From Stellaceae bacterium (GTDB taxonomy: Bacteria > Pseudomonadota > Alphaproteobacteria > ATCC43930 > CGMCC-115725): DNA of 64,000 nucleotides. Shown here piece by piece: positions 35,018 to 44,118 of this stretch; position 1 is the first letter of the stretch, and the number at the start of each line of letters is the position of its first letter. Under the pieces are notes generated by a model. It saw only the letters and a list, made by a program, of their open reading frames with translations. It ran no database searches and was not told the DNA's origin. The stretch is from positions 2,393 to 66,392 of the forward strand of contig DATKQE010000075.1 of assembly GCA_035532935.1 (NCBI GenBank). Reading direction: 5' to 3'. Both the position numbers and the translations under genes were made by a program.

Positions 35018-35581
35018 TCACGACGACGGATTGCAGGTCGCGACGAGTTCGGCGCGGCTCAACCTTCCGTCGTGGTTGGTGTCGAGCCCGGCGAAATTGG
35101 TGTTGGCATAGGCCATGAAGTCATTGCGCGACACGCGGTTGCGCAGACGCACGTCCGCCAGCATCACCGGATCGGGGCGGTCCTTCGCGATCGCCGCCCG
35201 GGCGTTGTCGGCCCCGCCTCGACGGCGGCGGCCCGATTCCTGATCCGGCAGCGGCGGCGGCGCATAGGGCCGACGGTACTGCGCCAATTCTGCCGGCGTG
35301 ACGGTGCCATCATGGTCGAGATCCATCGCCGCGAACTGCCGCGCCGCATCGGCGAGGAACTCCGCGCGGTCGATGGTGCCATCGTGGTTGGCATCGACGC
35401 GCGCGAACCATTGCGCCATGGCCTGCTCGCATCGCGGATGTCCGAGCGGACCGCCGCTCAACGGCTCGCCGTTGGGGCTGTAGATCGGGCCCGCATCCTC
35501 GGGGTGGTCCCGGCCACCGAACCAGGAGCAGCCGCCGAGTGCCAGCAGCGCCGCGAACAGGATCGCCGCAGCGCGCGTCAC
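35018..35581 (-). CDS. Lipoprotein with three canonical EF-hand Ca2+-binding loops
   Basis: Lipobox LALGGC after the GTG 35581 start. Loops DANHDGTIDRAE, DLDHDGTVTPAE and DTNHDGRLSRAE. The GTG overlaps the upstream cupin stop (GTGA). Confidence 0.75.
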   Translation of the reverse strand: MTRAAAILFAALLALGGCSWFGGRDHPEDAGPIYSPNGEPLSGGPLGHPRCEQAMAQWFARVDANHDGTIDRAEFLADAARQFAAMDLDHDGTVTPAELAQYRRPYAPPPLPDQESGRRRRGGADNARAAIAKDRPDPVMLADVRLRNRVSRNDFMAYANTNFAGLDTNHDGRLSRAELVATCNPSS

Positions 35582-36108
35582 CCGGCCTTCAAATGCGCAT
35601 CGCGGCGCTGGAACAGCGCGTCGTCGGCATAGCCCATCGTCTCCGGCCGCCCGCGCCCCAGCATTACTTGGAAATAGACCGGCTCCAGGCTCTCGTTCTG
35701 ATAGCCGTGAATGACGCCGGGCGGACAGGCGATGCACTCCCACGGGCCGAGACGGCTGCTCACGCGGTTTCCCGCCTCGTCTTCGACGAATACCGTGAGA
35801 TAACCCTGCAGCACGAAGAACACTTCCTCGACCTCGTGCGTGTGGGGGGGATTGCCCTGGCCGGTCGGGAGATAGATTACGCTCAAGGTGAAGCCGCGCG
35901 GCGGAATGGACGTCGGATCGGCGTGCTTGCCCGAGCCCCCGGCGCCGATGAAGCGGTGCTGCGCGCGGCGGTATCCTTCGATCCGCGCATCTTCGAACGC
36001 CTCCCAGTCGCCGGTCTTGTCGCGGAACCGTCCGACATAGCGCTCCATGATTTCATCGAGCGACAGCGCCGCCACCTCGGGCGGCATGGCATGGCGGGCA
36101 ACGGCCAT
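35578..36108 (-). CDS. Cupin-domain protein
   Basis: GNPPHTHEVEEVFFVLQGYL...CPPGVIHGYQN (HxH...E...H cupin metal motif). ATG 36108 is preceded by GGAGA. Confidence 0.7.
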   Translation of the reverse strand: MAVARHAMPPEVAALSLDEIMERYVGRFRDKTGDWEAFEDARIEGYRRAQHRFIGAGGSGKHADPTSIPPRGFTLSVIYLPTGQGNPPHTHEVEEVFFVLQGYLTVFVEDEAGNRVSSRLGPWECIACPPGVIHGYQNESLEPVYFQVMLGRGRPETMGYADDALFQRRDAHLKAG

Positions 36109-36165
36109 CTTTTCTCTCCTGATCGAGATCACCTAGGCCTGATTATCGCCGCCCCAGGGGCTCGG

Positions 36166-36519
36166 TCAATCCGAGGCAGGCGCGGCCCGCGCGATTCGTT
36201 CGTCCGGTGGTGCGATCTCGGTGGCGAGGTCGCGCAGCAGCGCCTTGTTGGCCAACGGCTCGAGCCGCATCTCGCGCGGCTCGAGCCGCGCCATGCAGGC
36301 ATACACCACCTTGCCGTCGAGCAGCATCATGCATTCCTTGCAGGCATTGGCATTGATGCAGGAGAAGCGGAAGGCGAGGCTCGGATCCTGCTCGACGCGG
36401 ATGCGGCGCAAACCGTCGAGCACCGACTGGCCGCGCTCGAATGCCACCTCGAACCGGTCCCAATGCCCGGCCTCGCCGGGCGCGCCGCGGCGGATGAGAA
36501 GCTGCGCGACAAGGCTCAT
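36166..36519 (-). CDS. Mini SdhB/FrdB-like protein: N-terminal [2Fe-2S] domain only (117 aa)
   Basis: C-x5-C-x2-C-x11-C (SCINANACKECMMLLDGKVVYAC). There is no 4Fe-4S/3Fe-4S Cys clusters. The ATG overlaps the flavoprotein stop (ATGA). Confidence 0.7.
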   Translation of the reverse strand: MSLVAQLLIRRGAPGEAGHWDRFEVAFERGQSVLDGLRRIRVEQDPSLAFRFSCINANACKECMMLLDGKVVYACMARLEPREMRLEPLANKALLRDLATEIAPPDERIARAAPASD

Positions 36520-38246
36520 GGCACCGCCTCCGCCCCGGTCCGAACCGGCGTGCGCGCCACGACCGGGCGTCCGGCTTCGAGATGCACCGTTTGATGGACG
36601 GCCCAGGCATCGCCGAGGAGCGGGAAGTCCTCGCGCTGGTGCGCGCCGCGGCTCTCGGTGCGGGCGAGCGCGGCCTCGGTCACGGACGCCGCGACGAGCA
36701 GCATGTTACGCAGATCGAACCAGTCGAGCCGCGCCGTGTCGAAGGGGCGCGGCGCGCCCGGTGGCACGGGACCGAGCGCCGCCGCGATCCGCGCAATCGC
36801 GCCGAGCGCCGCCTCGAGCCCCGCAGCGGTGCGGAACGGTCCGACCTGCCGGCTCATGATCTGCTGCAATTCGGCGACCAGCGCCGCCGGATTGAGCCCT
36901 GGCTGCGGCACGCCGCCGGCGAGCAGCGCACGCGCCGGCGCCGCGAAACGCGGCTCGAACGGCGAACGGTTCATGCCGCGCACGCGCGCAGCGGCGGCGG
37001 CGCCGGCCGATCGCCCGAACACCAGCGCCTCCGTGATGGCGTTGCCCGACAGCCGGTTGGCCCCATTGGCGCCGCCGATCGCCTCGCCCGCCGCGAACAG
37101 GTTCGGCACGCGCGTCTCGAGCGCGGGCGAGACGCGGACGCCGCCCATGTGGTAATGCGCGATCGGCGCGACCTCGACCGGCACGCGCGTGAGATCGATG
37201 CCGTTCTTCGCCAGCCGGTCGATCACCGGACCGAAGGATTCGCGCAGCCGCTCCTCGGGCACGTGCTGGAACGAGAGATAGACGCCGCCCGCCGGCGAGG
37301 CGCGGCCGGCCTCGACCTCCTTGAGAATCGCATAGGTCGCGAGATCGCGCGTGACGCGATAGGTGCCGTCCTCGACCACGCCGTAATCGTCGGTGAATTC
37401 CCGCATCTCGGCATTGAGCAGCCGCCCGCCGAGCTTGTAGCGGAACGGGTCCCACATGATCGGGTCCATGCCGATGAGGCGCGGCGCCAGATGCCCGATC
37501 GGAAAGAACTGCACGAATTCCATGTCGACGAGTTCAGCACCGGCGCGGAGCGCCAGCGCATAGCCATCGCCGCCCATATTGGCCGAGGCGCTGTTGCGGC
37601 CGTAAAGCCGGGTCAGGCCGCCGGTGGCGACGATCACCGCCTTGGCGGAAATCGCGACCGGGGCGCCGTCGCTGACGGCGAAGCCGACCGCTCCCGCCGC
37701 GACGGCATCGGCGACGACAAGATCGGTGATACAGAGATCGCCGATGCGGCGGATGCGTGCCTGGCGCTGCACCTGGCCGCGCAGCGTCCGCGACACCGCC
37801 GGCCCGGTGGCGAGGAAATCGACATAGACGCAGCGCGGCCGGTCGTGCCCCGGCGCCTGCGCCGCGCGGATGCGGCCGTCATGATGGCGCGCCCAGCCGG
37901 CATGCCAATTATCCATCTGGCGGATCGCCGCCGGACCGTTCTCGCACAAGAGCGCGGCGAGACGCTCGTCGCAGAGACCCCGCCCGGCCGCGAGCGTGTC
38001 GGCGAGATGGTGCTGCCAGTGGTCTGGCACCTCCTCGCCCAGGGCAACGGCAACCGTCATCTGCGCCATGACCGTGGCGCCGCCGCGGCCGATCAGGCTG
38101 CGGTCGACCAGCAGCACGTCCGCGCCGGCCTCATCGGCCGCGATCGCCGCCGCCATGCCGGCAGCGCCCGAGCCGATCACCAGAACATCCGCCTGAAGCT
38201 CGATCCCGTCCGGTCCCGCCACGCGCCCGTCCCCGCCTTTCGCCAC
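36516..38246 (-). CDS. Succinate-dehydrogenase/fumarate-reductase/L-aspartate-oxidase-type FAD flavoprotein
   Basis: DVLVIGSGAAGMAAA, HYHMGGV, ESRGAHQREDFP signature blocks. Probable GTG start at 38246 (VAKGGDG...); the listed 711-aa ORF over-extends. Confidence 0.85.
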   Translation of the reverse strand: MAKGGDGRVAGPDGIELQADVLVIGSGAAGMAAAIAADEAGADVLLVDRSLIGRGGATVMAQMTVAVALGEEVPDHWQHHLADTLAAGRGLCDERLAALLCENGPAAIRQMDNWHAGWARHHDGRIRAAQAPGHDRPRCVYVDFLATGPAVSRTLRGQVQRQARIRRIGDLCITDLVVADAVAAGAVGFAVSDGAPVAISAKAVIVATGGLTRLYGRNSASANMGGDGYALALRAGAELVDMEFVQFFPIGHLAPRLIGMDPIMWDPFRYKLGGRLLNAEMREFTDDYGVVEDGTYRVTRDLATYAILKEVEAGRASPAGGVYLSFQHVPEERLRESFGPVIDRLAKNGIDLTRVPVEVAPIAHYHMGGVRVSPALETRVPNLFAAGEAIGGANGANRLSGNAITEALVFGRSAGAAAAARVRGMNRSPFEPRFAAPARALLAGGVPQPGLNPAALVAELQQIMSRQVGPFRTAAGLEAALGAIARIAAALGPVPPGAPRPFDTARLDWFDLRNMLLVAASVTEAALARTESRGAHQREDFPLLGDAWAVHQTVHLEAGRPVVARTPVRTGAEAVP

Positions 38247-38319
38247 ATATATTGGGCCGTCCGGCTGCCGGCAACCCGCGCGATTGCGCGGTGCGGCGCG
38301 CAAGGGCACAATCGCCGCC

Positions 38320-38841
38320 ATGACGACCGCCGATGCCACCGCCTGGTCCGACCGCGTCTTCGCCGTGCTCAAGCGCGGCGAGATCGGCCAGATCGGCTTT
38401 GTGCCCGATGCCGGCCACGCGAGGCTCATCGAACTGAGCCGCGCCGATCCCGGCATCCGCGACGTGGTGCTCACCACCGAGGAGGAGGGCGTGGCGCTGG
38501 CGGCTGGCGCCTGGCTCGGCGGCGTGCGCGCGGCGCTGCTGATGCAGTCGAGCGGCGTCGGCAACTGCATCAACATGCTGTCGCTGGCACGGAACTGCCG
38601 CTTCCCGCTGCTGATGCTGGTCACCATGCGCGGCGAGTGGGCCGAGTTCAATCAATGGCAGGTGCCGATGGGCCAGGCGACGCCGGGCGTGCTGAAGCTG
38701 TGCGACGTGCTGGTCTATCGCGTCGACCGCGCGGAAGACGCCGCAGAGACCGTCGAAGCGGCGCTCGACATCGCCTTCGGCGGCGAGTTGGCCGCCGCGG
38801 TGTTGCTGTCGCAGCGCCTCATCGGGCGCAAAAGGTGGTGA
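38320..38841 (+). CDS. ThDP-dependent decarboxylase alpha subunit (sulfopyruvate/phosphonopyruvate decarboxylase ComD-like, PYR domain)
   Basis: IGFVPDAG...TTEEEGVALAAGAWLGG...LMQSSGVGNCINML is typical of split ComD-type subunits. ATG 38320 (TTG 38284 is possible). Confidence 0.8.
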   Translation: MTTADATAWSDRVFAVLKRGEIGQIGFVPDAGHARLIELSRADPGIRDVVLTTEEEGVALAAGAWLGGVRAALLMQSSGVGNCINMLSLARNCRFPLLMLVTMRGEWAEFNQWQVPMGQATPGVLKLCDVLVYRVDRAEDAAETVEAALDIAFGGELAAAVLLSQRLIGRKRW

Positions 38842-38843
38842 CG

Positions 38844-39410
38844 ATGCTCGACCGGCGTCGCGCGGTGAAGCGCCTCCTCGCCGATCGTGGCGCGATGCTG
38901 GTGGTGAGCGGGCTCGGCTCGGCGACCTATGACGTGGCGGCGGCGGGCGACGATGCCCGCAACTTCTATTTGTGGGGCGCGATGGGCGGCGCCGTGATGA
39001 TCGGGCTGGGCCTGGCTTTGGCGCAGCCGCAGCGGCGCGTGCTTGTCATCACCGGCGACGGCGAGATGCTGATGGGCATGGGCTCGCTCGCGACGGTGGC
39101 GACGCAGCGACCGCGCAACCTCGCCATCGTCGTGCTCGACAACGGTGCCTTCGGCGAGACCGGGATGCAGGCGAGCCATACCTCCGGCGGCGTCGATCTC
39201 GCCGCCGTGGCCGCCGGCTGTGGCATTCCGTCGACGCTGGAGGTCACGGACGAAGGCGGCCTCGACCGCCTCGCCCGCCTTATTCATGACGCCGACGCGC
39301 CTCTCTTCGCGCGCGTACGCATCACCGCCGACGAGCCGCCGCGCGTGCTGCCGCTGCGCGACGGCGTCGCCCTGAAACTGCGCTTCCGCGCCGCGCTCGG
39401 GCTCAGTTGA
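38844..39410 (+). CDS. ThDP-dependent decarboxylase beta subunit (ComE-like, PP domain)
   Basis: GDGEMLMGMGSLATV...VVLDNGAFGETG ThDP-binding motif. ATG lies 2 nt after the alpha-subunit stop. Confidence 0.8.
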   Translation: MLDRRRAVKRLLADRGAMLVVSGLGSATYDVAAAGDDARNFYLWGAMGGAVMIGLGLALAQPQRRVLVITGDGEMLMGMGSLATVATQRPRNLAIVVLDNGAFGETGMQASHTSGGVDLAAVAAGCGIPSTLEVTDEGGLDRLARLIHDADAPLFARVRITADEPPRVLPLRDGVALKLRFRAALGLS

Positions 39411-39906
39411 CCTTGTCGTAGGCGAAGCGGCGGACCTTGTCGAGGTTGCGGCCCTCGATGCGGATCAGGCTGGTCGAGCCGTCCCGCCGCGGCGAGTGGA
39501 GATCGCCCTCGTTATAGACATGGGCCATGCCCGGCTTCAGCGCATAGTCGCGGACGTGCCGCACCTTGCCGTGCTTGCCTTCGCCGGCAGGCTCGACCAG
39601 CGCCCAGTCGGTCATCATGGTCTCGCCGCGCGCCTGGCCATAGATCGCCCAATGCGGGCCGTGATCGTGCGGATTGCTCTGCCGCGCGCCCTCGTAATTG
39701 TGGCCGAGGATGCAGAAGCCGAGTTGCGGATCCTCATAGAGGATCTTGCGCTCGCCGACGTCCTTGCCGAGGTTCTTGGCGACGAAATCCGGATCCTTGA
39801 GATATTCCTGCAGCACGGCGCAGACCTTCTTGCGCCCTGTGGGATTTGGCTCCTTGGTGAGAATGTCGTGGCACTCGGTCGCGAACTGCTCGAGGGTAAG
39901 GCTCAT
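39403..39906 (-). CDS. Cupin-fold metalloprotein (cysteine-dioxygenase-type-I-like)
   Basis: HNYEGARQSNPHDHGPHWAIYGQARGE...VYNEGDLHS. Lower GC than its neighbours. Its 3' end overlaps the convergent ComE-like gene by 8 nt. Confidence 0.55.
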   Translation of the reverse strand: MSLTLEQFATECHDILTKEPNPTGRKKVCAVLQEYLKDPDFVAKNLGKDVGERKILYEDPQLGFCILGHNYEGARQSNPHDHGPHWAIYGQARGETMMTDWALVEPAGEGKHGKVRHVRDYALKPGMAHVYNEGDLHSPRRDGSTSLIRIEGRNLDKVRRFAYDKVN

Positions 39907-39957
39907 CGTCTCCTCCAGAAATAACACCAAAAATATAGCAGAATTCGGCCGGTCCGG

Positions 39958-42288
39958 CTAGGCCCTTGTCTGCCGCTCGCGCAGCAGCGCGACGATGCGC
40001 GGCGGCGTGATCGGTGCCTCGGCGATGCGGACGCCGAAGGGCGCGAGCGCGTTCTCGACCGCGCCCAGGAGCGCGGCGATCGAGGAGATGGTGCCGGTCT
40101 CGCCCGCGCCCTTGATGCCCAGCGGATTGAGCGGCGTCGGCGTTTCCATGTGATGCAGCGCCACCGGCGGCATGTCGGTCGCGGTTGGCAACAGGTACTC
40201 GCCGAAATTGGTGGTGACGGGCTGCGCCTCGCCGTCATAGAGCATGCGCTCGAAGAAGGCATTGCCGATGCCGTGCGCGATCCCGCCGACGACCTGACCC
40301 GCGACCACCATCGGATTGATGACCGCGCCGCAATCGTGCATCACAGTATAGCGCAGCACCGTCACCTGACCGGTCTCGACATCGACCTCGACCTCGGCGA
40401 CGTGGCTGCCGTTCGAATAGGTGGATTGGTCGGGGGTGAAATAGCTGGTGGCCTCGACGCCGGGCGTGCCGGTCATGGAAAACCCGGGCATGCCGAGCGA
40501 GCGCACCGCGATCTCGCGAAAGCTCTTGCGCAAGTCAGGCACGCCCTTGACCCGCACGAAACCATCGGCGAGTTCGAGATCGTCTTCCGCCGCCTCGAGC
40601 ATCTCGGCGGCAAGGCGCTTCAGCTTGTCGGCCACCGCGATCGCAGCGAGATGCACCGAATTGCCGGCATTGACCGCCGTGCGCGCAGCGAAGCTGCCGA
40701 CCCCGAGCGAAACCGCAGCGGTATCCGCCGTTACCACGTCGATCGACGACGGGACGATGCCGAGCTGATCGGCCGCCACCTGCGCCAACGTCGTCTTGTG
40801 CGACTGGCCCTGCGGCGTGGCGCCGGTATAGAGCGTGACCCGGCCGTTGCTGGCGATGCGCAGCGTGGCACTTTCGAACGGCCCGAGGCCGGTGCCCTCG
40901 ACGGCATTGGCGATGCCGATGCCGAGATAGCGTCCTTGGGCGCGCGCCGCCGCCTGGCGCGCGGCGAAGCCGGCATAATCCGCCGCCGCCAGCGCCTTGG
41001 CCATGCACGCCGGATAGTCGCCGCTGTCATAGGTGACGGGCCGCCCGTCGCGGAAAATGATGCCGACATTGTACGGCATCTGCTGCGGCACGATGAAATT
41101 GCGCCGGCGCAATTCGGCGGGGTCGAGGCCAAGCTCGCGCGCGGCGCGGTCCATGAGGCGCTCCATCACCACCACCGCCTCGGGACGCCCGGCGCCGCGC
41201 ACCGGCGTGGTCGAGACCTTGTTGGTGAAGACGGCGTTGAACTCCATCCGGTAATTCGGCACGACATAGGGACCGGGCACCGTGGAAGCGGCGATCCATG
41301 GCAGCACCACGCCCCACGGCATATAGGCGCCGGCCTCGTGAACGAGCCGGCCGCGTACGCCGAGAATGCGCGCATCGCCGTCGAGCGCGATCTCGACGTC
41401 CCAGATCTGGTCACGCTCCTGATGGGTGGCGAGGAAGTTCTCGCGCCGGTCCTCGATCCATTTCACCGGCCGGCCGAGTCGCATCGTCGCCGCCACCAGC
41501 GCGCCGTATTCGCCATAGAACGCGCCCTTGGGCCCGAAGCCGCCGCCGACCTCGGGCGTGATCACGCGCACCTGATGGTCGCCGAGATCGAGGAGATCGA
41601 GCAGCACCCGCTTCTGCCGGTGCGAGGATTGCGAGCTGGCATAGACGGTAAGCTGCTGCGCGGTCCGGTCCCAGGTGGCGATCATGCCGCGGCATTCGAG
41701 CGGGAACGGGCCGCCGCGGTGCTGATGGATGCGCTCCTTGAAGACGTGCGGCGCGCGGGCAAAGGCGGCATCGGCATCGCCCACCGCGATCACCGCCTGC
41801 GCCGCGAGATTGCCGGGGCTTGCAGCATGCGCGAGCGGACTCCCCGGCACCAGCGCCGCGAGCGGATCGGCGACGGCCGGCAGCGTTTCGTAATCGACCA
41901 CGACGCGCTGCGCGGCATCCTCGGCGACATGGCGGCTTTCCGCCGCCACCAGCGCCACCGGCTCGCCGACGAAGGAAACCTCGTCCTTCGCCAGCACATA
42001 GGGCATCAGCGGCTGCGTGATCGCCGGGCTCGGCACCAGCAGCGTGATGGTACGCTCTCGCATCGATGGCGGCAGGTCGGCGAACGCGAGTACCGCATGG
42101 ATGCCCGGCAGCGCCCGCGCCGCCGCCGCATCGACGCCCCGCACCCGCGCATGAGCATGGGGACTGCGCACGACCGCGGCGTGCAGCATGCCGGGGAAAT
42201 GAATGTCATCGACGAAGGTGGCGCCGCCCGTCAGCAGCGCCGAGTCCTCGGTGCGCTTCACCGAAGCGCCGAACCATCTCGCGCCCAT
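39958..42288 (-). CDS. Xanthine-dehydrogenase-family molybdopterin-binding large subunit (CoxL/aldehyde-oxidase-like), no partner subunits nearby
   Basis: KRTEDSALLTGGATFVDD N-terminus, EVGGGFGPKG, GAGRPE, GIKGAGETG motifs. ATG 42288 lies 14 nt after the UbiD stop codon. Confidence 0.9.
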   Translation of the reverse strand: MGARWFGASVKRTEDSALLTGGATFVDDIHFPGMLHAAVVRSPHAHARVRGVDAAAARALPGIHAVLAFADLPPSMRERTITLLVPSPAITQPLMPYVLAKDEVSFVGEPVALVAAESRHVAEDAAQRVVVDYETLPAVADPLAALVPGSPLAHAASPGNLAAQAVIAVGDADAAFARAPHVFKERIHQHRGGPFPLECRGMIATWDRTAQQLTVYASSQSSHRQKRVLLDLLDLGDHQVRVITPEVGGGFGPKGAFYGEYGALVAATMRLGRPVKWIEDRRENFLATHQERDQIWDVEIALDGDARILGVRGRLVHEAGAYMPWGVVLPWIAASTVPGPYVVPNYRMEFNAVFTNKVSTTPVRGAGRPEAVVVMERLMDRAARELGLDPAELRRRNFIVPQQMPYNVGIIFRDGRPVTYDSGDYPACMAKALAAADYAGFAARQAAARAQGRYLGIGIANAVEGTGLGPFESATLRIASNGRVTLYTGATPQGQSHKTTLAQVAADQLGIVPSSIDVVTADTAAVSLGVGSFAARTAVNAGNSVHLAAIAVADKLKRLAAEMLEAAEDDLELADGFVRVKGVPDLRKSFREIAVRSLGMPGFSMTGTPGVEATSYFTPDQSTYSNGSHVAEVEVDVETGQVTVLRYTVMHDCGAVINPMVVAGQVVGGIAHGIGNAFFERMLYDGEAQPVTTNFGEYLLPTATDMPPVALHHMETPTPLNPLGIKGAGETGTISSIAALLGAVENALAPFGVRIAEAPITPPRIVALLRERQTRA

Positions 42289-42304
42289 CGTCTTCCCGCC
42301 GCCG

Positions 42305-43984
42305 TCAGGGTTGCTTCTTCTCGCCCTCCTCGCCGGTGCGGTAGGGCTGCTCCGGCATCTTGTCGGCGCGGCGGAGCGCGAAGGTTTCGATCCCGGTCTC
42401 CTCCCAGGCGCCGGTGACGGCGCGCTGCGCATAGCGGTCCCAGCGCTCGGCCCAGTTGCCGAGCGTGTAGCCGTGCCAGGGCGGCCGCGCCGTGAGCGGC
42501 GCCAGGCCCAGCTCCTGCCAGATCGCGCGCGCGCCTTCCATGTATTCGCGCCCCGGCAGCGCCAAAGGCGGCATTGGCCGCTTCAGCGTGGCATCGATCA
42601 GCATGACCGAATCCTGCTCGTCGGGGCCATATTGCGCGCCCTGCACGCCGCCGCCATAGGGGATGAGATGGACGTCCTGGATCGGATTGGAGCGATAGGC
42701 GATCGACCAGAACACCGCGTCGGTATTGGCGGGATCGATGTCCTCGCTCACCCCGATCACCACCTTGCCGCAGCGCGACTGGAAGGTGGCGGCGCCCTGC
42801 AGGCCGCGCCAGACCTCGGTGCGCGAGGTGCCGCGCGCGAATTGCACGAAGATGACCGGCCGGAGATTGCTCAGCGGCTCGTGCATGACGACGCGCCGGA
42901 CGCCGCGGATGCCGAGATGGTCGCGCAGATGCGCCAGGAACAGCGGCTCGTAGGCGACCTTCTTGATGACGCAGGATTCGCTCGGCGTCACCTGGCTGAT
43001 GATCGAGCTGAACACCGGTGCGCGCTTCATCGTGATCGCCGTCACCTGCATCGGCATGTTGAACGCCTCGAGCGCGACATAGCCGTTGCTCTCGCCGAAC
43101 GGCGCCTCGGGCTCGAGCTGGCTCGTGTCGATGAGGCCCTCGATCACGATCTCGGCTGTAGCCGGAACCTCGAGATCGATGCTCACCGCCTTGACCATCG
43201 GGATCGGCTGGCCAGCGAGCGCGCCGGCGATCCCCATTTCGTCCTGGTCGACCGCGAGCTTCTGGGGCGCGGTGAAGACCACGACCGGGCCGCAGCCGAG
43301 CGCGATCGCGATCGGCATCTTCTCCTTGCGCTCGCGGTATTTCAGCCAGTGGAGATAGCCGCCGGCGCCGCCCGAGCGCCGCGCCACCATGCGCACGGCG
43401 AGCCGGTCGGTCGCCTTGAGCGCGGCGCGGTAGGTGCCGGTGTTGCGCACGCCGGTCTCGGGATCCTTGGTGATGCACATGGTCGCGGTAAGATAGGGCG
43501 CCGAATCGAAGCCGGGCGTCGAGACCGGCACCGGCAGGAGCTTCAGGCCGCCATCCGGCCGCCGCAGCGCGTCGCCGGTGATCACGACCTCCTGGCAGCG
43601 CGCCTCGGTCACCACCGCCGGCGGCACCGGATGCGCGATCGCATCGAGCCAGGCGGGCCCGATCTCAGCGACCGTGCGTCCCATGCCGAGCGCATAAATT
43701 TGCGGCGAGGCGGCGAGCGCGCCAACCGCCACCGGGATGTCATAGCGCCGGCCGCGGGAATCGACGACATTGGTGAAGAGAAACGCGCGCCGGTCGTCTT
43801 CCGCGAGGCCGCCGACGAACTGCCAGCGCACCAGCGGATGAAGTTCGGTGTCCTTGTTGATCGGACGATCGACGCGCACCAGCAGCCCGGCCTTGTCGAG
43901 CGCCGCAAGATGCTCCTGGAAATCGAGCGTGGGGCGGGGCAAGGGAGCGGTGCGTTGCGCGCGCACGGCGGCGGTGTCGTCCAT
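42305..43984 (-). CDS. UbiD-family (prFMN-dependent) reversible decarboxylase
   Basis: LHPLVRWQF...PYLTATMCITKDPETGVRNTGTYR...EAPFGESNGY family blocks. ATG 43984 follows GAGGA. It has an acidic C-terminal tail. Confidence 0.85.
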   Translation of the reverse strand: MDDTAAVRAQRTAPLPRPTLDFQEHLAALDKAGLLVRVDRPINKDTELHPLVRWQFVGGLAEDDRRAFLFTNVVDSRGRRYDIPVAVGALAASPQIYALGMGRTVAEIGPAWLDAIAHPVPPAVVTEARCQEVVITGDALRRPDGGLKLLPVPVSTPGFDSAPYLTATMCITKDPETGVRNTGTYRAALKATDRLAVRMVARRSGGAGGYLHWLKYRERKEKMPIAIALGCGPVVVFTAPQKLAVDQDEMGIAGALAGQPIPMVKAVSIDLEVPATAEIVIEGLIDTSQLEPEAPFGESNGYVALEAFNMPMQVTAITMKRAPVFSSIISQVTPSESCVIKKVAYEPLFLAHLRDHLGIRGVRRVVMHEPLSNLRPVIFVQFARGTSRTEVWRGLQGAATFQSRCGKVVIGVSEDIDPANTDAVFWSIAYRSNPIQDVHLIPYGGGVQGAQYGPDEQDSVMLIDATLKRPMPPLALPGREYMEGARAIWQELGLAPLTARPPWHGYTLGNWAERWDRYAQRAVTGAWEETGIETFALRRADKMPEQPYRTGEEGEKKQP

Positions 43985-44118
43985 GATGGCGTCCTCGCAA
44001 TGTCTTGGCCGATTGTTCCCCAAGGGCGCGGCGGTGTCCATGCGTTCATCCGCAAGCGGCGCTTTTCTCGGCCGGTGTCAGGACTTATCCTTCACGCTCC
44101 GAATTGAGGAGGCGGTGC

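Noticed and set aside
39958-42288. Aerobic carbon-monoxide dehydrogenase (CoxL).
   Set aside because: No CoxM or CoxS genes are adjacent, and I did not see the CODH active-site loop (VAYRCSFR-type). The generic xanthine-dehydrogenase-family call is retained.
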